NCBI GenBank assembly: GCA_965116535.1
Contig: OZ220703.1
Span: 1,037,287-1,101,286 of the forward strand
Source: Acidimicrobiales bacterium
Lineage (GTDB): Bacteria > Actinomycetota > Acidimicrobiia > Acidimicrobiales > Bin134
Reading direction: 5' to 3'
DNA length: 64,000 bases
Shown here: piece by piece, positions 30,202 to 38,542 of the stretch
Layout: every line of letters begins with the position of its first letter
Numbering within the stretch: the first letter of the stretch is position 1
Notes under the pieces: model-generated
What the model was told of the DNA's origin: nothing
Databases searched by the model: none
What the model saw: the letters and a program-made list of their open reading frames with translations, nothing else
Position numbers and translations under genes: made by a program

Positions 30202-31029
30202 ATGGATCAGGTTGGTTTGGAGCCGCCGGCCGAATATTGGCAACGCCGGCAGCTGATTGCGTCGGTCGCCGCAGGGGCCGGCAACCCGCCTGCTGACGTC
30301 GAATACACAGAATGCGAGCACCATGTGTGGGCGGCGGTGGTCGAGGCCCTCGTGCCGCTGTGGGAGAGAGCCGGCGCGACGGCCATCGGCGATGGCTTCG
30401 CCCGCCTCGGGCTGAGCCGTCATCGAATACCCCAATTGCGAGAAGTCACCGAAGCCCTTCGGCCTCTGACCGGGTTCAGCTTCGAGGCCGAGGCCGGCCT
30501 GGTCGACAAGGAGACGTTTTTCGGGGCGCTGTCGGAACGGCGCTTCGTCTCCACCCAGTACGTCCGCTGGGAGGGGGCGCCGCTGTACACGCCGGAACCG
30601 GACTTGATACACGAGGTGCTGGGGCACACCCCGCTGCTGGCAGACCCCGACCTCGCTTGCCTCCACGAGCTTGCCGGGCGCGCCATGACGCGGCTGTCGC
30701 TGCCCGAGTCCCGCCAATTTGCCTCCGATGTGTTCTGGTTCTCCGCGGAGTTCGGCGTGGTCCGCGAAGAAGGCGAATGGAGGGCTTACGGTGCCGGGTT
30801 GTTGAGCTCGGTCGGGGAGCTCGAGTGGTTCGGCGAACATGCCCGCATAGTCCCGATGGACATCGCGAAGATGGGCACGCATCCCTACGGCATCGACCGC
30901 TACCAGCCGGTGCTGTTTGGCGCGGAGTCCATCGCCCACGCGTTGGAGGTTGTCGGCGGATTCTTCGACACGTGCACCGACGAGTCCATCGCGGCCCTGG
31001 CCTCGCCTGTCCCCCAGAGGCGCAGTTGA
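30202..31029 (+). CDS. phhA: Phenylalanine-4-hydroxylase-like aromatic amino acid hydroxylase (pterin/non-haem iron)
   Basis: 275 aa bacterial-size AAAH. PEPDLIHEVLGHTPLLADP (HxxxxH iron ligands), WFSAEFG (Glu ligand), YGAGLLSS. Substrate specificity cannot be read from the sequence. Confidence 0.85.
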   Translation: MDQVGLEPPAEYWQRRQLIASVAAGAGNPPADVEYTECEHHVWAAVVEALVPLWERAGATAIGDGFARLGLSRHRIPQLREVTEALRPLTGFSFEAEAGLVDKETFFGALSERRFVSTQYVRWEGAPLYTPEPDLIHEVLGHTPLLADPDLACLHELAGRAMTRLSLPESRQFASDVFWFSAEFGVVREEGEWRAYGAGLLSSVGELEWFGEHARIVPMDIAKMGTHPYGIDRYQPVLFGAESIAHALEVVGGFFDTCTDESIAALASPVPQRRS

Positions 31030-31093
31030 CATCGCAGCGAAGCGATGAGCTCGCCAGCGCTCTCGCGCCAGTTGGCCGAGATAGGGCAGGCTG

Positions 31094-32512
31094 ATGGCGG
31101 AGGAAGTGTCGGTCGAGCCGGATCCCCTGGATCTCGATGCATTCCGCCGCAACGGTTACGCCCTTGTCGACTGGGTGAGCGACTACTTGGGCGGACTCGA
31201 CGAGAGGCCGGTGAGCACGCCGGTCGATCCCGGCGAGGTGCGGGCCAAGCTCCCGCAGAGGGCGCCAGAGAACCCCGAAGCCTTCGATGCGATACTCGCC
31301 GACCTGGACCGAGTGGTGGCCCCAGGCCTCAACCACTGGCAGCACCCGGGCTGGTTCGCCTACTTCCCGGCCGGGTCGTCCCCGGCTTCGATTCTCGGGG
31401 AAATGTCAGCAGCAGCCTTCGGGGTAGTGGGGATGATGTGGTCGACCTCGCCCGCGGCAACCGAGATCGAGTCGCACATCTTGGATTGGCTCGTCGACCT
31501 GCTCGGCGTTCCCCAACAGTGGAAGACAACCGGTCCCGGCGGCGGAGTGCTTCAGCCCGGCGCCTCCTCGTCCACCCATACCGCCCTGGTCGCCGCCCGC
31601 GAGCTTTGTCGCAAGCGCACGGGAGCGGTCCACGACAAGATGGCAGCGTACGCTTCCAGCCAAGCGCACTCCTCGTTCGAGAAGGGCGCCAGGATGGCCG
31701 GCTTCGGCCGCATACGGCTCCTGGACACCGACGACGGCTTCTCGCTGCGGCCCGACGCTCTTGTTGAGGCGGTCGTAGCCGACCGTCAGGCGGGTTGGAC
31801 TCCTGCCTTCGTCTGCTCGTCGGTAGGAACAACCGGCACCACCGCAGTGGACCCCGTTCGCCGCGTCGGCCAGTTGGCCGCATCAGAGAACATATGGCAC
31901 CACGTCGATGCCGCCTACGCAGGCTCAGCCATGATCTGCGAGGAGTTCCGCCAACACCAAGACGGTTTGGAGCTGGTCGACAGCTACACGTTCAACCCCC
32001 ACAAGTGGCTGGCCACCAACATGGGCTGTTCGGTGCTGTGGGTGGCCGACCGTGGCCCGCTCGTCGACGCGTTGAGCGTGACGGCGCCCTACCTCCAAAA
32101 TGAGGCGTCTGCATCCGGAGGGGTGATCGACTACCGGGACTGGCAAATTCAGCTCGGACGGCCGTTCAGCTCGCTCAAACTGTGGTTCGTGCTGCGGTCA
32201 TTCGGAGCCGAGGGCTTGCGCAAGATGATCAGGTCCCACGTCGAGTGGGCCCGCTGGATTGCCCAAATGATCGACGACCACTCCAACCTCGAGCTCATTG
32301 CCCCTGTCCCGTTCGGCTTGGTGCCGTTTGCCCACACTGGCGGCGAATCCGCCACCGACGCCCTTCTCGCGGCAATCAACGCCGACGGCCGCTTCCACAC
32401 CACCGGCTCACAGATCGAGGGCCGCCGCTACATCCGGATCTCGGTCGGCTCCATCTGGACGACCCAAGCCCACATCAAAGCACTTTGGGAGCTGATAGCC
32501 GCAAACTCGTGA
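31094..32512 (+). CDS. Pyridoxal-dependent aromatic-L-amino-acid decarboxylase (group II)
   Basis: HWQHPGWFAYFPAGSSPASILGEM, SSSTHTALVAARE, HVDAAYAGSA and FNPHKWL (PLP lysine). Starts 65 nt after phhA. Confidence 0.85.
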   Translation: MAEEVSVEPDPLDLDAFRRNGYALVDWVSDYLGGLDERPVSTPVDPGEVRAKLPQRAPENPEAFDAILADLDRVVAPGLNHWQHPGWFAYFPAGSSPASILGEMSAAAFGVVGMMWSTSPAATEIESHILDWLVDLLGVPQQWKTTGPGGGVLQPGASSSTHTALVAARELCRKRTGAVHDKMAAYASSQAHSSFEKGARMAGFGRIRLLDTDDGFSLRPDALVEAVVADRQAGWTPAFVCSSVGTTGTTAVDPVRRVGQLAASENIWHHVDAAYAGSAMICEEFRQHQDGLELVDSYTFNPHKWLATNMGCSVLWVADRGPLVDALSVTAPYLQNEASASGGVIDYRDWQIQLGRPFSSLKLWFVLRSFGAEGLRKMIRSHVEWARWIAQMIDDHSNLELIAPVPFGLVPFAHTGGESATDALLAAINADGRFHTTGSQIEGRRYIRISVGSIWTTQAHIKALWELIAANS

Positions 32513-33360
32513 TAGCACCGGCAACCGCCCAAAGCAGCGACACGGCTGCCGCCGTCGAGCGCGCACCAAGACGCGCCAAAGCGGGGTGTCAGCCAATTTT
32601 CTGGCCGGGGGGTTTTGCGAAGCTGACCAGGGGTTTCTTTGGAGCGACCAGCGGCCTTTTGATCGTGCCGTTCCCATGCTCGTCAATTGTCGTCAGATTC
32701 CATATCGGAATCCCGTTTTCTCTGCGCTCTGCCATGTGTAGCCCGTGGCTCCGGTGCCGGTGTCGAATCTCTCCCACTGTCCGATGCGGGCTGGGAGGGG
32801 CTGGGCCAGCGGGATGGGGTCGAAGACGTCGGCGGAGCTGCCGGGGTCGGCGCAGAGGCCGGAGGAGAGGATGTGGGTTGGCGGGCACCGATGTCTGGGG
32901 GCCTGTGTTGGGGGGCTGCCCCCGGGGACGACGCGGGTGTCGACGCCGAACATACACCGGTACGTGTTCAGCAGGTTCTCCTGGTCGGCGGTGAGCTGGT
33001 CGCGCTCGGCGCTCCGGTCAGGGTCGTGGGCTGAGGTGAGGCGACGGACAGGAGCGGGGCGACACCCGCGGCGGCGAGGGCGGCACGGAGCACCTCGGGT
33101 GCTTTCGGTGGCGGGACACACAGTAAGCGTCGATGACGGAACGGTCAACCGGGAGGGCAGGGTGGTTACCTCCGGGCTATCAGGTTCCGTGCCACCGAAG
33201 GCCCGTGATTCGCCCGGAGGGGGCGTGTTGACAAGGGAGGTGGGGTGAACGCCGGCCCGCTGTCTTTGTTGTCGCCGGCACCGCCGACGCCTCCCGGTGG
33301 GGCGGGTATCCGGGGAAGTGCGGGAAGGGGCGGTTGGCGGCTTCAGCGATTGCTGCTGTC

Positions 33361-33441
33361 GCGCGGTTACCGCTCGGTGATGAACAGAACGCGGTAACCG
33401 TCCGATAACAACATACGCGCGGTAACCGCTCGGTGATAACC
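33361..33441. repeat. Three direct repeats (about 25 bp, 28-bp phase) with palindromic core GCGGTWACCGC upstream of hipB
   Basis: GCGCGGTTACCGCTCGGTGATGAAC (33361), GCGGTAACCGTCCGATAACAAC (33391), GCGCGGTAACCGCTCGGTGATAACC (33417). Cores start at 33363, 33391 and 33419. A partial copy CCGTTACCGCGC lies at 35245-35256, just after hipA. Confidence 0.7.
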
Positions 33442-33481
33442 TGGGGGCGTGGCCGAGTCGCGTCGGATCAAGTCTACGGGA

Positions 33482-33766
33482 ATGAGGTTGCGGCTCGCGT
33501 CCGATATCGGCAACGTGATCCGCAACGAGCGCAAAGACAGCGGCATGAGCCAGAGCGAGATGGCGGCCGTCGCCGGCGTTTCCCGAAAATGGCTTAGCGA
33601 TGTCGAGAACGGCAAGGACACGGCTGAGATCGGCATGGTGCTCATGGTGCTGCGAAAGCTCCGAATCGACCTGCAAGTCGCCGAGAGGCCGCAGCCGGCA
33701 GTAGACCCTGGGGCATTCTTCGGCTCGCTGTCCGCTGAGCCACCGCCCGACGCGGAGCGCCCATGA
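33482..33766 (+). CDS. hipB: HipB-like XRE-family antitoxin / transcriptional regulator
   Basis: IGNVIRNERKDSGMSQSEMAAVAGVSRKWLSDVENGK HTH. ATGA overlap with hipA. Alternative GTG start at 33449. Confidence 0.75.
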   Translation: MRLRLASDIGNVIRNERKDSGMSQSEMAAVAGVSRKWLSDVENGKDTAEIGMVLMVLRKLRIDLQVAERPQPAVDPGAFFGSLSAEPPPDAERP

Positions 33767-35202
33767 AGCTGCATGTCTTGATCGCGGGCGAGCTGGCAGG
33801 CCAGCTCGACCTCAGCGGCGGAGAACCGGAGTTCCGCTATGGCGACGACTACTTCGAGGGGGCGCCCGGCCAGCCGCTGTCAGTGGCCTTCCCGGTCACC
33901 GGGCGGCGGGTGAGCGGCGAGCCGCTCAGGCATTGGCTGGAGGGGCTGCTGCCCGACGACCCCGACGTCATCTCGGCGTTGTGCTCTGAGCACGGGCTCG
34001 ACGTGAGCGACCGCCTCCGATTGCTGGGGACTCCCATGGGAGCGGATTGCGCTGGAGCAGTGCAAGTATGCCCGCCCGACAGACTGCCGGATCTGCGGGC
34101 AGGGAGAGGAGGCCAAGAGCCCATCGACGAGGAGGGCATCGGCGAATGGCTCACAAGAATGGAAATCGAGCCGGCCATGAGGGCCTACAGGTCGGAGGGC
34201 GCCGATTCGGGGTTCAGCATCGGCGGCATGCAGCCAAAGGTCGCTCTGCGGAGAACCGCCGGCGGCTGGGCTGTGCCCATGGGCGCGGTTCCCAGCACGC
34301 ACCTCATCAAGGCGTCGCGCGACAAGTGGCCGCATGAGGCAGTCGTCGAGCACCTGACGATGAGGACGGCCAGCATATGCGGGATCGCGGCGGCCCGCAC
34401 AGAGGTCGATTGGCACGGCGGCAGGGAGGTCATCGTCGTGGAGCGGTTCGACCGCACAGCCGACGGCCGCTCGCGTGTCCATCAAGAGGACATGTGCCAA
34501 GCCCTCGGACATCCCCCGACCCGCAAGTATCAGAGGAACAGCGGCCCCGCGCCAGAGGACATCGCCGGGATGCTGAGGGGGGCCGGCCCCGATGAGGCCG
34601 AGCAGAACATTGCACGGTTCTTGGATCACCTGCTGTACCTGTGGGTGGTGGCCGACACCGACGGGCACGCCAAGAATTACAGCATCCTCCACTTCGGCGA
34701 CGGGTCGATCCACCTGTCTCCCATGTACGACGCCTGCTCGTGGCTGCCGTACCGAAAAGGCAAGTTCGTGAAGAAACTCCAGCTGGCCATGAAGGTAGGC
34801 ACCGACTTCAGCCTCAAGACAGCCGACAGCGTCGACGGGCTGAGGCGAACCGCGGCAAGGCTCGATCTGCCGCCAGCGGCGGTGGCGCGCCGCGCATTCG
34901 AAATCGCATCGTCGGTTCCCGAGGCGCTGGCCGACGCGATGAAGACCGTGCCCGGCCACGCCCGCGGTTTCCAAGAAGTGCAGGCCCTGGCGGCCGAGCT
35001 GCCCGCCAGGGCTGAGCACTGCCTCCACATCGCGGAGTCCGCCGCCGGGCAATTCGCCCAATCCGGGCCGCAGTCCCGCATATCTGCCTTCCCAGCGAGG
35101 CCCGTGCCCGGCTCGTCCGGCCGTTGTCGGCACATAGGTGTGAAGTCGCGCAAGCAGTGTGTCCGCCCTGCCCACAACGACAAGAGGCACTGGTATCAGT
35201 AG
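33763..35202 (+). CDS. hipA: HipA-family serine/threonine kinase toxin
   Basis: HipA N-terminal coupling region (LSVAFPV...LRHWLEGLLPD), GGMQPKVAL, HLIKAS, HQEDMCQALG, and the catalytic DTDGHAKNYS. The last roughly 60 aa (…CRHIGVKSRKQCVRPAHNDKRHWYQ) look non-native. Confidence 0.85.
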   Translation: MKLHVLIAGELAGQLDLSGGEPEFRYGDDYFEGAPGQPLSVAFPVTGRRVSGEPLRHWLEGLLPDDPDVISALCSEHGLDVSDRLRLLGTPMGADCAGAVQVCPPDRLPDLRAGRGGQEPIDEEGIGEWLTRMEIEPAMRAYRSEGADSGFSIGGMQPKVALRRTAGGWAVPMGAVPSTHLIKASRDKWPHEAVVEHLTMRTASICGIAAARTEVDWHGGREVIVVERFDRTADGRSRVHQEDMCQALGHPPTRKYQRNSGPAPEDIAGMLRGAGPDEAEQNIARFLDHLLYLWVVADTDGHAKNYSILHFGDGSIHLSPMYDACSWLPYRKGKFVKKLQLAMKVGTDFSLKTADSVDGLRRTAARLDLPPAAVARRAFEIASSVPEALADAMKTVPGHARGFQEVQALAAELPARAEHCLHIAESAAGQFAQSGPQSRISAFPARPVPGSSGRCRHIGVKSRKQCVRPAHNDKRHWYQ

Positions 35203-35491
35203 GCAGACCAGGCACTGTGCGCCCAGTGTGCTCGTCCCGCGACTCCGTTACCGCGCCTGCTGAGACTAGGGCCTGGTTACAAAATCGGGGTGGATGAGGT
35301 CGTTCAAGTCGTTTTGTCCGCTACTCGCCTGCGGTCATAGCCGGCGACGGCGAGAGCGCCGAGGGCCCCCGCCATGATGATCGGGGGGCCGACGGCGGGG
35401 TGGGGCCAGCCCGCGAACGCCGCACCGAACACTGCGGCGAGCCCGGCTGCCAGCAGCTGAGTGCCCCTTGTTCATCCGGCACCCACATGTT

Positions 35492-35985
35492 CTATTCGGT
35501 GGCTGTTTCGGCAGTCAGCACGTCGTAGGGCGACACCTACCCGGCCATCGACCGGGCCATGCGCTCCATCTGCTGCATCATGTCCAGCCCGCGCTAGTTG
35601 TACCGCCCCGTGAACGCGCCCATGTAGCGGTCCAGGTAACTTGACGGAGTTTGTCAACACGCCCTAGCGGGGCCGCATGTCGTGGCTGAGTGCGAAGTAG
35701 CAGGCCGGCGGAGCGTTCCCCGGTCCTATTGCATAGGGTCAGAATCCGCAGCCGGCAATCGCGGCTTTGCCGCTGCGCACGTTCGTATCGCCGACAGCGT
35801 CGGCGCCGACTTTGCCGCCGAAGGCGCTCGAAGAACCTCTGCGGGGGCTGCTGGCTTCATAGTCTGAGAGGCAGTCTGTGGATATCATCACAACTGCCGC
35901 CAAGATATGGAGATTCTGCATACGATCCATGAGAAGACCTTTGCCGCCACCGGGAATCTGCGCCCCTTTGCCAACAGGCCTGAGT
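35492..35985 (-). pseudogene. Relic of an IS1595 (ISXO2-like) family transposase gene with in-frame stops and frameshifts
   Basis: Minus-strand translations give ...AAVVMISTDCLSDYEA...VGDTNVRS... (35739-35930). In another frame they give SYLDRYMGAFTGRYN*RGLDMMQQMERMARSMAG*VSPYDVLTA (35492-35653). This resembles my recollection of the C-terminal ..YV.EFAGRHN.R..DT.DQM...A.GM.GKRL.Y..L. block of ISXO2-like transposases. The 5' end is cut off at the SulP start. Confidence 0.4.
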
Positions 35986-35987
35986 AG

Positions 35988-37598
35988 ATGAGCATCCGGC
36001 AGAGCACCGTGGAAGTCCTCGGCGGGGTGACTTCTGCGATGGTCATGCTGCCGCTGGCGCTGGCATACGGGGTCGCATCCGGCCTGGGTGCTCTGGCCGG
36101 CCTATATGGGGCCGTAGCGCTCGGATTCATTGCTGCGGTCAGTGGCGGCACCCGGACAATGATCTCTGGGCCGACCGCGCTGATGGCGGTCGCCACTACG
36201 AGCATCATCTCGAATCACGATCACAACCTCACCGAAGTATTCACAATCATCATGCTGGCCGGTGCGATGCAGATTGTGCTGGGCGCAACCCGGGTCGGGC
36301 GATTCATCGCCTACGCCCCTTACTCCGTTGTGTCAGGGTTCATGACCGGCATCGGCGTCATCGTGATCGTCCTGCAGACGCGTCCGCTGCTCGGCTTGCC
36401 GATCGAAGGCAGAGGTGTTTTGGCCACAATTCGCTCGTGGACCGAGGACGCCCAGGATGTGGTGTGGCAGGCTCCCGTTGTAGCGCTCGTCGCTGTCGTC
36501 GTTCTGGTTGCCTGGCCGCCTTCTCTGCACAAGTATGTGCCGTCGGTTTTCGCTGCGCTGGTCGTCGGAACCGCGTTCGGGGCAGTGTGGCTTGGCGACG
36601 CTCCCACAATCGGCGCGGTCCCCACCGGAATGCCGGAGTTGCATACGCCTGATCTGTCGCCCGCGTCGCTGTTGCGAACTGTTCAGCCCGCGGTGACCAT
36701 TGCGTTGATCGGTTCGATCGACACTCTGCTGACAGCGCGGATCGCCGAGTCCATGTCCCGCCAGCCTCACAGTCCTCATCGGGATCTGCTGGGCCAGGGC
36801 GTAGGCCATGTTGCCACGGGCATCTTGGGAGGGCTGGCGGGGGGTGCGACGGTTTGCACGGTCGCGAACATCCGTGCAGGTGCGAGGACTCGCGTCTCAG
36901 GGGCTTTGTGCGCGCTGGTGCTGCTGGCGCTGGTCGGCGGGCTCGGACACCACGTCCATTGGGTGCCGCACGCGGTGCTCGCCGCGGTCCTCATGCAGGT
37001 CGGTTTCGACTTTGTGGACTGGCGCATGGTGCGCCGCCTGCATCAGGTTCAACGCGAGCACTTCATCATCATGGGGGTCACCCTGGTGCTGACGGTGTTC
37101 TTCGACCTCGTCACCGCTGTGAGCTTCGGATTCATCACAGCGGCACTGGCAGGCATGCGCCAGGTTGAGCGCCTCGAAGTGAACCGGATTGTCTCAACTC
37201 CTCTGCTCGACAACTACCTCTTTGGCCGCGACCCCGAAGACTGCGAGCAGCACAAGTTCTCGGCTAGGACGTGCTTGGTGGCGCTCCGGGGGAGCTTTAC
37301 GGTTGCGTCCTCGCATCGGCTCACCCGCACGATCGGCGCCGACATCGCCGACTACGACATCGTGGTGTTGGACTTCAGCGCGACGGACTACATCGACGAC
37401 AGCGCGGCCCTAGTGGTCGAATACCTCGTGGAGATAGCCCAGGGCCAGGGAACCGAGTTGATTGTCGTAGACGGAGGAGCGGCCGTCGAGATCTTGCATG
37501 TGCTGGGGATCCTGGACATGGTTCAGGACGAACGGTTCGTCGAGACGAAGGAGGAGGCATTCGGCGTGGCGCGAGAGCTGCTAGGCGATTTCCCATAG
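35988..37598 (+). CDS. SulP family inorganic anion transporter with C-terminal STAS domain
   Basis: Multi-TM N-terminal part (GGVTSAMVMLPLALAYGVASGL...) and a C-terminal STAS-like domain (LVALRGSFTVASSHRL...DYDIVVLDFSATDYIDDSA). Confidence 0.88.
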   Translation: MSIRQSTVEVLGGVTSAMVMLPLALAYGVASGLGALAGLYGAVALGFIAAVSGGTRTMISGPTALMAVATTSIISNHDHNLTEVFTIIMLAGAMQIVLGATRVGRFIAYAPYSVVSGFMTGIGVIVIVLQTRPLLGLPIEGRGVLATIRSWTEDAQDVVWQAPVVALVAVVVLVAWPPSLHKYVPSVFAALVVGTAFGAVWLGDAPTIGAVPTGMPELHTPDLSPASLLRTVQPAVTIALIGSIDTLLTARIAESMSRQPHSPHRDLLGQGVGHVATGILGGLAGGATVCTVANIRAGARTRVSGALCALVLLALVGGLGHHVHWVPHAVLAAVLMQVGFDFVDWRMVRRLHQVQREHFIIMGVTLVLTVFFDLVTAVSFGFITAALAGMRQVERLEVNRIVSTPLLDNYLFGRDPEDCEQHKFSARTCLVALRGSFTVASSHRLTRTIGADIADYDIVVLDFSATDYIDDSAALVVEYLVEIAQGQGTELIVVDGGAAVEILHVLGILDMVQDERFVETKEEAFGVARELLGDFP

Positions 37599-37622
37599 GG
37601 CGGTGCTCTCAGGTGGGCCGCA

Positions 37623-37685
37623 CCGGGGCGGTGCTGCCCGAACGTCGGCGACGGGGTATGCCGGGGCGGTGCTGCCCGAACGTCG
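37623..37685. repeat. Perfect 25-bp direct repeat CCGGGGCGGTGCTGCCCGAACGTCG x2 (period 38 bp) abutting the 3' end of tRNA-Ser(TGA)
   Basis: Copies at 37623-37647 and 37661-37685. A third partial copy GGGCGGTGCT lies at 37598-37607. The second copy ends 8 nt from the tRNA 3' end. Confidence 0.8.
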
Positions 37686-37692
37686 AGTTGAG

Positions 37693-37779
37693 CGGAGGGA
37701 GGGGGATTCGAACCCCCGGGACCCCGGAAGGCCCTACGGCTTTCAAGGCCGTTGCAATCGTCCGCTCTGCCATCCCTCC
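37693..37779 (-). tRNA. tRNA-Ser (anticodon TGA)
   Basis: The reverse complement is GGAGGGATGGCAGAGCGGACGATTGCAACGGCCTTGAAAGCCGTAGGGCCTTCCGGGGTCCCGGGGGTTCGAATCCCCCTCCCTCCG. Anticodon loop CUUGAAA, long variable arm. Confidence 0.88.
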
Positions 37780-37822
37780 GAGAGGGAGATTAGTGGTCTG
37801 GGGATGGGGCTGACGTGGTGGA

Positions 37823-38467
37823 TTACGCCCAAGAGTTCCAGGCGATGATCTCGTCGGGGTCCTTGCGGGCGGGGGGTTTGAGGTTGTCGCCCAGCAGGTG
37901 GGCCACCGGGATGAGGCACATTTGGAGATAGTCGTCGGGGATGGCCAGCAGGCTGGCCACCTCGTCGGCGGCCAGCAGGTGGGCAGTGGTGAAGGTGGAG
38001 GCCAGGCCCCGGCTGTGGAGGGCGAGCTGGAAGCTCCACACCGCGGGCAGGATCGAGCCGAACAGGCTGGCCGTCCAGGCGAGATCCAGGTCGGGGTCGA
38101 GCTGGCCCCGGATGCAGGGGATGACCAGGGCGGGTACCTCGTGGAACCGCTCGGCCAGATACAACACCGCCTCCGAGTGGCGAACGCCGGCGGTATCCCC
38201 GGTGGCCCTCCTCCGCTCCAAGTTTTCTTGCATGGGCGGGAGGATGCCCGCTCGGTAATGATCGGCGATGGCGGCCCGGAGCTCGGGATCGGTGACGATC
38301 ACCCAGCGCCAACCCTGAGCGTTGGAGGCGTTGGGGGCATAGGCGGCCAGTCGCACGCACTCGCGCAGGAGCTCGGGATTCACCGGCCGGTCGAAGTCCA
38401 ACCGCCGCCGCACCGAACGGGTGGTGGACAGCAGGCGATCGGTGGTTTGGGTGTCGAACGGAGTCAT
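37823..38467 (-). CDS. Nitroreductase family protein
   Basis: From the ATG at 38467: MTPFDTQTTDRLLSTTRSVRRRLDFDRPV...AAYAPNASNAQGWRWVIVTD. The 409 aa track ORF extends antisense through tRNA-Ser(GCT) and the SDR gene, so it is trimmed. Confidence 0.8.
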   Translation of the reverse strand: MTPFDTQTTDRLLSTTRSVRRRLDFDRPVNPELLRECVRLAAYAPNASNAQGWRWVIVTDPELRAAIADHYRAGILPPMQENLERRRATGDTAGVRHSEAVLYLAERFHEVPALVIPCIRGQLDPDLDLAWTASLFGSILPAVWSFQLALHSRGLASTFTTAHLLAADEVASLLAIPDDYLQMCLIPVAHLLGDNLKPPARKDPDEIIAWNSWA

Positions 38468-38542
38468 GGCATCGGATGGTAGGGGTTTGCGCTGCAAACC
38501 GTGAGGCCAGGTCAAAGGAAGGGCGCTAGGGTGGTGGGGCCT

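Noticed and set aside
33361-33441. Possible CRISPR array (also considered for the repeats at 37623-37685 and 19371-19409).
   Set aside because: Only two or three copies, with spacers of 3 to 13 nt between units and no cas genes. They are better explained as operator or att-like repeats.
32693-33676. 327 aa minus-strand ORF.
   Set aside because: Its N-terminal third is antisense to hipB and the repeat array, and its middle is Arg/Pro-rich. Only the C-terminal roughly 110 aa look coding; these are treated as part of the frame-broken remnant finding instead.
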